Part shown: one piece after another, positions 19,039-27,026 of the stretch
Layout: the number at the start of each line of letters is the position of its first letter
Numbering within the stretch: the first letter of the stretch is position 1
Source: Nanobdella aerobiophila
GTDB taxonomy: Archaea > Nanobdellota > Nanobdellia > Nanobdellales > Nanobdellaceae
Assembly: GCF_023169545.1 (NCBI RefSeq)
Contig: NZ_AP019769.1
Span: 240,001 to 272,000 of the forward strand
Length of the DNA: 32,000 nucleotides
Direction: 5' to 3'
Notes under the pieces: model-generated
Seen by the model: the letters and a program-made list of their open reading frames with translations, nothing else
What the model was told of the DNA's origin: nothing
The model's database searches: none
Program-made: the position numbers and the translations under genes

Positions 19039-20165
19039 AAAATATAAATATATTATTATTCTTTAGAATATTTAGAAGTTTTATTGCAGGCTATATATCA
19101 ATATTTTTATCTTTGTATTTATATAATATATTAAGATTATCTTTAATAAATATAGGAATTTTATTTGGTATAGGCGCGTTATCGCAATCAATATTATCTT
19201 TATTTGTAGGATATCTAGCTGATAAATATAATAAAAAAATTATATTATTTTATATATCATTATTATTTCCTATATCATTAATTATATTATTATTGTCGAA
19301 TAATATATATTTAATTGCTATTTCTTTTATTCTAGGAGGTTTTGGAACTGTAGGAACATTATCTGGTGGTGGAATAGGTGCAGTTGTTACTCCAATAATA
19401 AATTCTTTAATAACTAGTTATATTAGAGATAATAGAGAAATTATATATACAAAATTTATTATAATTTCTGGTATTGCAGGTTCTTTAGGTGCTCTGTTGT
19501 TATACATGAATTATAAAATTGTATTATTATTAGGAATAATAATATTAACTATTTCTTCTTTTATATTATTAAAATTAGATAGACCTAATGATATAAAAAT
19601 ACAAAAAGCGAATAATAGAGAAATAAGTAAATTAATAATAATATCAGGATTTTTTAATGGTGCCTCTGCAGGAATTATATTAAATTTTATTCCAATATTA
19701 TTCAATCATTACTTATTATTTAATAAAGCTCAAATAAGTAATATATATACAATAACTGGCTTATTATCTATTATATCATTATATATTATTGAGAAATATT
19801 TAAAATGGAATATATTTAATAAAATAGTATTCTTTAGAATTGTTTCTTCTAGCTTTTTATTATTATTTTTAATTTCTATATTTTTCTTTCATTTATTATC
19901 CATACTATTTTTCGTATTATATACACTATTTAGGGTAGCTTCAATACCATCACAGCAAGAAATTATATCAGAAAATATAAACAATAAAGTAACAGAAGTA
20001 TTTGGAGCAAATCAATCTACAAGAATTTTAGGTTCATTTATATTTCAATCAATTGGAGGATATTTATTATCTTTATCTATAGTAATACCTTTTTTGATAT
20101 CATATGTATTTTTAATGTCTAGTGCGATGATATATTATAAAATTAAAAAGGATAATAAAAATTAA
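19035..20165 (+). CDS. MFS transporter
   Basis: 12-TM-like pattern; LFVGYLADKYNKKIILFYISLL motif. Confidence 0.85.
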   Translation: MKNINILLFFRIFRSFIAGYISIFLSLYLYNILRLSLINIGILFGIGALSQSILSLFVGYLADKYNKKIILFYISLLFPISLIILLLSNNIYLIAISFILGGFGTVGTLSGGGIGAVVTPIINSLITSYIRDNREIIYTKFIIISGIAGSLGALLLYMNYKIVLLLGIIILTISSFILLKLDRPNDIKIQKANNREISKLIIISGFFNGASAGIILNFIPILFNHYLLFNKAQISNIYTITGLLSIISLYIIEKYLKWNIFNKIVFFRIVSSSFLLLFLISIFFFHLLSILFFVLYTLFRVASIPSQQEIISENINNKVTEVFGANQSTRILGSFIFQSIGGYLLSLSIVIPFLISYVFLMSSAMIYYKIKKDNKN

Positions 20166-20416
20166 TATATTATATATGAAAGATCTTTAAAAAATAAAAG
20201 ATAAGATTTCTTGAAAAAATAAAAGAAAGTTATTATGAAGGATAATATAATTTTTCAATGTTTTTTATTTAATAATTTTTCTAATTGATATTAAAATATT
20301 GTTTATTTAAGAAGGATACTAGAAAGTTTTTAATATTTATCTATTAAATAAAAAAGATTTTCTAAACTTTAAAAATTATATTTAGAAAAAAATCACCTAA
20401 AAATTATACAAGAAAT

Positions 20417-21967
20417 TTAAGAAATAGAAATAGAAGGCATAACTCCATTTGGTGGATATGCCATAACTAAAGCATAATTGAAATAGATAGTTTGACCTGT
20501 TGCTCCTAGATCACCAGTAGGTAAACCAAAATAAAACTCGCTACTACCACTCAAAGTATTTACGTTCACAGATAAAGACATTATATTTTGGTTGTTAGTC
20601 GCATTATATAAATATCCATAAACTGTAGATGAAGATAAACCAGGATACACGAATTCTGCAATATATGATCCGTTCTCTATGCTAACATTAGAACTATAAC
20701 CGCACATATATCCGCTACCATTCCAGAATATTATGCCGGGGTTTGGTGGACCCGAACATGGTCCTGCATCATCAGCATCAGTTCCTACCCCCATACCATA
20801 CTCTAAACTAGATGCTATTGATGTATTTACAAGTCCTGCCCAAGACATAGTGTTGTCTGGAGGATTAACAGTTTCTATAAATGATTCAGCAACATATCCC
20901 CCCGGAGGTATTCCTTTATAATATGTCATTGCACTATCAAGTGCCTGAGTTACTAATTCTAGAGTTGATATATTTTCACCATTATATAAGATAGATACAT
21001 TAGAGCTTAATGAGTTTCCTGGTCCCAAGGTAAAATCACTTGTAGGCGTATTTCCATTAAAGTATAGATCAAATACGTCATTACCATTATCATACTCTCC
21101 GTATGTAGAAGATAGTTGAGGAGCTTCACCTACATATGGATAATCTTGTTGATAATAATTAGTACTAGTACTTCCTATTCCCATATAAATTGTAATATTA
21201 CTATTTGCAGGAATTCCATTTGGTAAATTTACCCACCAGACATCACAGAGAACATTACTTATACTTTCTTGTCCTTCATACCATGAATATATATTCGGAG
21301 AACTACCAGAAGTTGTAGTAAAATATGCATTTTGTCCATTGGAATTTATACCTCCGTATAGTATTGGGTTATCTACATATGCAAAATTATTACCTACACT
21401 AGGATTACCATTACATATAGCTATATCTTGTTGGAAAGGTGTTGGAGTACTTATATTTTGAGTATTATATATTGTTATAGGTAAAGGGTTAGTAAAGTAT
21501 CCTACAAGATATCCATTACCTAGATTATTATTATTTCCCACTCCTTGATAATCTAAGGTAATTTGTGGATTATTATTATTTGAAGGATTATATATACATA
21601 AAGAATTATTTATATAACATGTATCTGTACTACCTTGTAATATAGTATTGTTATTATTACATATAATATTATTACCATTTATACTAACAATATTATTATT
21701 TCCATTATTAATAGTTAGTACAGTATTATTATTTATTACTATAGGTACATTACCATTATTATATATATCTATATATAATATATTATTTGAACAATAAGAA
21801 TTAGTAATAGAGAAAGATATATATTGTGATTGTCTACTTACCTGATTACTAGTAGAAGAAGTTAATCCAGAAAATAATCCGGATAAGAATGCATAAGTTA
21901 ATCCTGCAATAGCTACAGTAATAACAATAATTAATATAGTAGCTATAATAGGTGATATAGATCTCAT
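20417..21967 (-). CDS. Archaeal pilin/flagellin-type N-terminus fused to a large extracellular domain (DUF2341/lectin-like)
   Basis: MRSISPIIATILIIVITVAIAGLTYAFLSGLFSG is a type IV pilin-like N-terminus. It is followed by an N-rich region and a WYEGQ...VWWVNLPNGIPANSNITIYMGIG module. The internal ATG is preferred because of TATA spacing. Confidence 0.72.
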   Translation of the reverse strand: MRSISPIIATILIIVITVAIAGLTYAFLSGLFSGLTSSTSNQVSRQSQYISFSITNSYCSNNILYIDIYNNGNVPIVINNNTVLTINNGNNNIVSINGNNIICNNNNTILQGSTDTCYINNSLCIYNPSNNNNPQITLDYQGVGNNNNLGNGYLVGYFTNPLPITIYNTQNISTPTPFQQDIAICNGNPSVGNNFAYVDNPILYGGINSNGQNAYFTTTSGSSPNIYSWYEGQESISNVLCDVWWVNLPNGIPANSNITIYMGIGSTSTNYYQQDYPYVGEAPQLSSTYGEYDNGNDVFDLYFNGNTPTSDFTLGPGNSLSSNVSILYNGENISTLELVTQALDSAMTYYKGIPPGGYVAESFIETVNPPDNTMSWAGLVNTSIASSLEYGMGVGTDADDAGPCSGPPNPGIIFWNGSGYMCGYSSNVSIENGSYIAEFVYPGLSSSTVYGYLYNATNNQNIMSLSVNVNTLSGSSEFYFGLPTGDLGATGQTIYFNYALVMAYPPNGVMPSISIS

Positions 21968-21988
21968 AATATAGATATGTTTTAGTAA

Positions 21989-21996
21989 TATATAAA
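21989..21996 (-). promoter_or_regulatory. TATA box (TTTATATA) of the pilin-like gene
   Basis: AAAGTTTATATATTAC on the minus strand, about 22-29 nt upstream of ATG at 21967; leaderless-type spacing. Confidence 0.65.
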
Positions 21997-22064
21997 CTTT
22001 AATATACATTCGAAATAAAATTAAAAATTGGTTATGAAAAATCTATTATTGAAGTAAATACGAC

Positions 22065-22138
22065 TGGGGTGGGTGGGACTTGAACCCACGACCTCCCGGT
22101 CTTCAGCCGGACGCTCTCCCGGTCTGAGCTACCACCCC
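22065..22138 (-). tRNA. tRNA-Phe (anticodon GAA)
   Basis: Reverse complement: GGGGTGG/CCACCCC acceptor, GCTC..GAGC D arm, TCCGG-CTGAAGA-CCGGG anticodon arm, GTGGG-TTCAAGT-CCCAC T arm. Confidence 0.95.
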
Positions 22139-22154
22139 GACAAATATTTTATAT

Positions 22155-22952
22155 CTAAATAAGATTTTTAATACTTTTTAATATTTCTTTTAGAAAATCT
22201 TTACGATCCTCTATTGTAGATCTAGCTTTGAGAACTATAAGACCATTATAATATAATTTTGGCTTTATAACTAAATAATTATTATCTCTTTCTACTGAAA
22301 ATTTAATTATATAGTTTTTGTATTGAGTACTATATTTTGATATCTTATTATATAGATTTTTTTGTTCTGGTATTTTTATAAATATATTAGAAATGTCGTA
22401 TGTACATAAAAAATAATCGTTAGACACCTCCTTAATGCATAACTCTTCTAGTTTATTATTACTAAATATTTTATCAATGTATTTTATAGTTTTATTGATT
22501 TGAACTTTTTCTTTGCGTTCTATAGATATATTTCCTAAATTGTATTCAATAGGCTCTATCTCTTTTAGTATGCTATCCAGTTCTTCACTTTTATCTATTA
22601 TGGAAAAATTGTATTTATGTGGTCTAAAAATTCTATTATTATAATATTCGATTAGTAAACTATTGTTCCAAAATTCTATTATTACTTTTGTATAAGACTC
22701 ATTAATAGCATAATCTTCATTTATCTTATATAATTGATATCTATTTTTTTCAATAGTTTCCTTAATGTCCTTTGAAGATTTATAACTAAATTCTATATTA
22801 TATACTAGCATCGGAATTATTGTATTCTTTTCTTCTTCTTGATTAATATATTTAATAGTTCCATATTCACTTATATAGGACCTTAAGATCTCTTTAATAT
22901 CCTTTTCAGATCTTATAATAATGTTGTTAACTACTATCTGATTATAATACAT
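22155..22952 (-). CDS. Hypothetical protein
   Basis: 265-aa ORF with gene-like position and composition; no family recognised. Confidence 0.55.
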   Translation of the reverse strand: MYYNQIVVNNIIIRSEKDIKEILRSYISEYGTIKYINQEEEKNTIIPMLVYNIEFSYKSSKDIKETIEKNRYQLYKINEDYAINESYTKVIIEFWNNSLLIEYYNNRIFRPHKYNFSIIDKSEELDSILKEIEPIEYNLGNISIERKEKVQINKTIKYIDKIFSNNKLEELCIKEVSNDYFLCTYDISNIFIKIPEQKNLYNKISKYSTQYKNYIIKFSVERDNNYLVIKPKLYYNGLIVLKARSTIEDRKDFLKEILKSIKNLI

Positions 22953-22987
22953 AAACTAATATTTTTTATAAATATTAATAAAATATA

Positions 22988-24799
22988 ATGCTTCAAGATT
23001 ATTATCCTATATTAAATAATAGACCATATCAGATAGATGTAATAGAAAAAATAATCAAAGATATTGCAGATAATAAAAGATATATATTAGTTGATTCTCC
23101 AACAGGTTCTGGAAAAACTTTAATATCTTTAATAGTAGCAGATTTATTATCAAAAAAAGATAAGATTACTCATATAGGTGTTAGAACTACAGAAGAAATA
23201 AAAAGATTTTTAGAAGATTCAGAAAAATTGAATATATATTTAAAGATATTTCCAAATAAAAAAAAGACATGTCCATTATTTATAAACTCAAATTTATCTG
23301 GAGAAGAAATAATATGTTCAGATTGTATATATAAGAAAGCTTTATATGAAACAGATATATTATATGATCTATTAAAAAGATATAATTATGATTTTAAAAA
23401 ATTAACAAAGATGGAAGCTATTAAGATAGATAAAAAAGATTTTCCCAAATGCATATATCAGTCATTTAAAAAAATAGATTCAAATATTTATATATCTACT
23501 TATCCATATATATTTAATCAATATCTAAATGAAATACTATCTCTAGATGGAGATCCAGATTTTTTAATTATGGATGAAGCTCATAATTTATTAACTACTA
23601 TATTAAATCCATATTCATTATCTATAAAAAGATATATAGAAAAAAGTTTTAAGATAAGAGGGGAGCAAAATTTATTATTTCAAGATCTTATAAAAGAATT
23701 TGAAATGATAAAAGAATCATTAAATATTTCAGATGAAGATTATTATAATTTAAGAGATAACTTGGTTCAATTTTCAGATCAGTTTTTAAGTTATATTGAA
23801 AATATATTTATTAAAAAATTTAATACGGAAGATATAAATATTATTAAAAGTAGAATAAATAGCAATATTAAAGAAATATATATTGATAAAAAAGATTTAA
23901 ATGAAATATTCGATTTAAATAGGTATTTATTTGATAATTTATCATTTTATTGGGAGACATATAAAAGATATATATCAAAAAATAATTTACAATTACCAAA
24001 GAAAAAATGGAACATAAATAAATTTATAAAATTATATACATATTTATCAGATAAAAATATATTTTGGATAATGAATTCTTTTAAATTAGAAGGATATATA
24101 ACAAAATTTGAAGAGATTATAAAATCATTTGATAATTATAAGTCAATTATATTAATGTCTGGAAGTAATTTTTCTAAAGATAATTTTTCTAAATTATATA
24201 AAGTTGATCCTAATATTATTGATTATATAAAGGTTAATGTAAATTTTGGTAAAAAAGAATATGATCTTATATATAATTTCTCATCTAGATTCTCTTTAAG
24301 AAATGATAAGAGAAATATAGAGAACCTAATATCAGATATAAAGTTAATATCAGAGAATTTTGATAAATATCAATTATATATGTTTCCTTCTTATAGTTTT
24401 ATGTTAAATATATATAATAAATTAGATATAAAAGATATTATATTCTTAGATGATGGTGAAAAATCATTAAATAAAATTTTGAAAACAGATAAAAAGATAG
24501 TATTTACATACTCAAGATCTAGATATATTGAAGGTATACAATTAGTTAAAAATAATCGATCATTATTGAAAGTAATCGTTATTGTAGGAAAACCATATCC
24601 TCCACCACCAAATGCTTCAATACTAATAAATAAAATAATAAAAGATAATAATATAGATTATAGAGACCTTTCTGAAATATTAAAAGATATAAATATAAAA
24701 CAGGTAATAGGTAGAGCAATAAGATATCCAGAAGATACTGTTAAAATATTTTTTATAGATGATAGATATAGAAAAATGGAAATGAAGAGGTATATCTGA
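22988..24799 (+). CDS. XPD/Rad3-like (DinG family) superfamily 2 helicase, Fe-S type
   Basis: VDSPTGSGKT, DEAHNL, QVIGRAIRYPED, and candidate Fe-S cysteines C-x..-CSDC..-FPKC between the Walker A and DEAH motifs. Confidence 0.88.
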   Translation: MLQDYYPILNNRPYQIDVIEKIIKDIADNKRYILVDSPTGSGKTLISLIVADLLSKKDKITHIGVRTTEEIKRFLEDSEKLNIYLKIFPNKKKTCPLFINSNLSGEEIICSDCIYKKALYETDILYDLLKRYNYDFKKLTKMEAIKIDKKDFPKCIYQSFKKIDSNIYISTYPYIFNQYLNEILSLDGDPDFLIMDEAHNLLTTILNPYSLSIKRYIEKSFKIRGEQNLLFQDLIKEFEMIKESLNISDEDYYNLRDNLVQFSDQFLSYIENIFIKKFNTEDINIIKSRINSNIKEIYIDKKDLNEIFDLNRYLFDNLSFYWETYKRYISKNNLQLPKKKWNINKFIKLYTYLSDKNIFWIMNSFKLEGYITKFEEIIKSFDNYKSIILMSGSNFSKDNFSKLYKVDPNIIDYIKVNVNFGKKEYDLIYNFSSRFSLRNDKRNIENLISDIKLISENFDKYQLYMFPSYSFMLNIYNKLDIKDIIFLDDGEKSLNKILKTDKKIVFTYSRSRYIEGIQLVKNNRSLLKVIVIVGKPYPPPPNASILINKIIKDNNIDYRDLSEILKDINIKQVIGRAIRYPEDTVKIFFIDDRYRKMEMKRYI

Positions 24800-24800
24800 T

Positions 24801-24821
24801 TTGGTTATTATCAGTAACCAA
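24801..24821 (+). terminator. Hairpin at the 3' end of the XPD-like gene, followed by TTTT
   Basis: TTGGTTA-TTATCAG-TAACCAA is a 7-bp perfect stem with a 7-nt loop, immediately followed by TTTT; it begins 2 nt after the stop codon. Confidence 0.4.
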
Positions 24822-24845
24822 TTTTATAAATAATTTATAAATTTG
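24803..24845 (+). repeat. Direct repeat copy 1 (43 bp)
   Basis: ggttattatcagtaaccaattttataaataatttataaatttg is identical to 25790..25832. Confidence 0.93.
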
Positions 24846-25461
24846 TTTCTTTATTGGAACCATTCTTATTGATTTCTTCAATATCTATATTATAGTTATG
24901 TATTTTTTTATATCCATATAATACTGATTTTTCATCAATATGCAAATTAATTTGATATCTTTTACAAAAATCTATTAGATATCTAATAAATTTATCTGAA
25001 TTTTCTAGCGGTATTCTAATTATCAATGGTTTATAAGAAATTATACTACCATTGAACTCTTCTAATATACCTTTTTTATTTCTATCCTTTCTTCCATTTA
25101 AATAATAATAAAATATTTTTCTTTTACTATTATTTGCTTTAATTTCAATTGTCAATTCTTTTTTACTTTTATATTCAAATATATTGTATAATCTTTTATT
25201 TAATTTTACAGAATATCCATCTGATAAAATTTCGAAAAATATAGGACCAAGAGAATATAAATTATCTAACTTTACAGATGTAACATGATATCTTTTTACT
25301 AATTCCTCATATATCTTTTTATCAAATTCTTTAAATATTATTAATATGTCTATATCACTTGGATTCTCTTTTCCTCTAGTAATGGATCCGAATATAATTA
25401 TATCGAATATTTTATTATTTAAATATTCTTTTAATTCTTTATATATATCTTCTAACTTCAT
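24835..25461 (-). CDS. Nucleotidyltransferase (MNT, pol-beta-like) domain protein
   Basis: IIIFGSITRGKENPSDIDILIIFK gives the GSxxRG..SDID motif; its 3' end (KETNL-stop) lies inside direct repeat copy 1. Confidence 0.88.
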   Translation of the reverse strand: MKLEDIYKELKEYLNNKIFDIIIFGSITRGKENPSDIDILIIFKEFDKKIYEELVKRYHVTSVKLDNLYSLGPIFFEILSDGYSVKLNKRLYNIFEYKSKKELTIEIKANNSKRKIFYYYLNGRKDRNKKGILEEFNGSIISYKPLIIRIPLENSDKFIRYLIDFCKRYQINLHIDEKSVLYGYKKIHNYNIDIEEINKNGSNKETNL

Positions 25462-25759
25462 CTGAATATTCTTTTAATAGTTTTGCTTCTTCATCCGATA
25501 ATTTATTATAATACGTTTTTCTATATATTTCAAATATAACCTCATATATATCTAGTAGTCTTTTTATTATATTATCTTCTTTTAAACTTTTTAATACATC
25601 AAATCTTTCATTATGATTTTTTATCCTTATATTATATCTTTTTAAGTATATATCTATCATTAAGAATATTGCAGTTGCGTAGTCTCTTACTGCAGCAGTG
25701 TATCTTTTTTTATTAAAGTTATCATTACCAGATTCTATAAACTCCTCAAATACTTCCAT
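25439..25759 (-). CDS. HEPN-like domain protein, partner of the MNT gene
   Basis: 106-aa all-helical ORF (EEFIESGNDNFNKKRYTAAVRDYATAIFLMIDIYL...NHNERFDVLKSL), 23-nt overlap with the MNT ORF. Pairing and HEPN-like helices support the call. Confidence 0.65.
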   Translation of the reverse strand: MEVFEEFIESGNDNFNKKRYTAAVRDYATAIFLMIDIYLKRYNIRIKNHNERFDVLKSLKEDNIIKRLLDIYEVIFEIYRKTYYNKLSDEEAKLLKEYSDEVRRYI

Positions 25760-25789
25760 TAAAATATTATTAATTATCTCTATTATAAA

Positions 25790-25832
25790 GGTTATTATCA
25801 GTAACCAATTTTATAAATAATTTATAAATTTG
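25790..25832 (+). repeat. Direct repeat copy 2 (43 bp)
   Basis: Identical to 24803..24845 and in the same orientation; sits between the HEPN-like gene and the ABC permease gene. Confidence 0.93.
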
Positions 25833-25847
25833 GTTCTTATATGTAAA

Positions 25848-27026
25848 CTATTCATATCTCAATGCAATCATTGGATCTATTCTTGATGCTTTTATCGCGG
25901 GTATTGTTCCAGATAATATTCCGATAAAGAAGGGGAATAATAAAGAAAATATAATTAATTGAATAGAAATATATGGTTGTAATGCTGTAAAACCCATAGA
26001 TTTAAATATAAATCCAGCAATATTTGACATAATATATCCAAATATTATACCAAATATACCGCCGATTAATCCAATTATTCCAGACTCTAATAAAAATAAA
26101 AATAATACTTCGTTGTTATCCATGCCTAGAGCTTTTAATAAACCAATTTCTTTATATCTCTCTAACACAGATGTGTACATGGTATTTAAAATATTTATTG
26201 CAGATATTAATAAAGATACAGATGCAATTATTAAAGAAAAGATTGTCAATCCACCAACTATACTATTTATTTCACTTTCTAATGATTTTGCAGTTATTAT
26301 TACATAACTTTGTCCTTTTAAACTATTAATATAATCATTTATAGCTATATATGCCAAATTATAATTATATACTATTATCATTAAATAATTATAATTTATA
26401 TTACCAAATATTTTTTTATAATAACCTTCTGGAAATATTATCTCATTATTAAATCCACCACCTGTTTCTTGAAATATACCAATTACCTCACATCTTTGAT
26501 TAAATATATTTATATAATCTCCTACATTTATCTGATCATTTGGATTATTATTACCTTTATATATATTATAACCTATATCTACTTGACATTGATCATTATT
26601 ATTTATTAATGAACCCTGATATATCTGGTATCCATCATACTTTAAATAATTTATGTATTTTGTGTTTATTACATATACAGTTGCTACTCCATAATTATTA
26701 TTATAATATATTTCTGTGGATATAAGATATTCAGGTATAGCAATCTGTACACCCGGTAATCTTTGTATATTTTCTAAAAAAGTATTTGATATAAATCCAT
26801 TTATTGAAGATGAAAAACCTTTACTAACTCCCGGATATATAAATATTACCTTATCACCTAAAGTACTTAATTGATTGGAAATATAATTTTGTAATCCCTG
26901 GGATAAAGATACTAATACAAATATTGTTGCTACACCTATAGTAATACCAATGGAAGTTAATAGTGTCCTTAATTTCTTTTTTGATAAATATTTATATATA
27001 AATAAAAAATAATCATCTATTTTCAT
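25848..27026 (-). CDS. ABC transporter permease (MacB/FtsX family)
   Basis: LRTLLTSIGITIGVATIFVLVSLSQGLQNYI..., ILNTMYTSVLERYKEIGLLKALGMDNNEVLFLFLLESGIIGLIGG, GTIPAIKASRIDPMIALRYE. Confidence 0.93.
   Translation of the reverse strand: MKIDDYFLFIYKYLSKKKLRTLLTSIGITIGVATIFVLVSLSQGLQNYISNQLSTLGDKVIFIYPGVSKGFSSSINGFISNTFLENIQRLPGVQIAIPEYLISTEIYYNNNYGVATVYVINTKYINYLKYDGYQIYQGSLINNNDQCQVDIGYNIYKGNNNPNDQINVGDYINIFNQRCEVIGIFQETGGGFNNEIIFPEGYYKKIFGNINYNYLMIIVYNYNLAYIAINDYINSLKGQSYVIITAKSLESEINSIVGGLTIFSLIIASVSLLISAINILNTMYTSVLERYKEIGLLKALGMDNNEVLFLFLLESGIIGLIGGIFGIIFGYIMSNIAGFIFKSMGFTALQPYISIQLIIFSLLFPFFIGILSGTIPAIKASRIDPMIALRYE

Noticed and set aside
20166-20416. C/D-box small RNA in the long intergenic gap
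   Set aside because: I could not find a convincing RTGATGA/CTGA box pair with internal C'/D' boxes on either strand.
20733-20921. Plus-strand 62-aa ORF with proline/glycine-rich sequence
   Set aside because: Antisense to the pilin-like gene and without its own promoter or motif.
21968-22009. 14-codon N-terminal extension of the pilin-like ORF
   Set aside because: It covers the TATA box and precedes the conserved ISPIIAT pilin start; the internal ATG fits better.
24803-25832. CRISPR array interpretation of the 43-bp repeats
   Set aside because: Only two copies, separated by about 940 bp of coding sequence; no spacers and no cas genes in the window.
24803-25832. Insertion sequence interpretation
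   Set aside because: The repeats are direct, not terminal inverted repeats, and neither internal ORF resembles a transposase. Kept only as a possible cassette or non-autonomous element.
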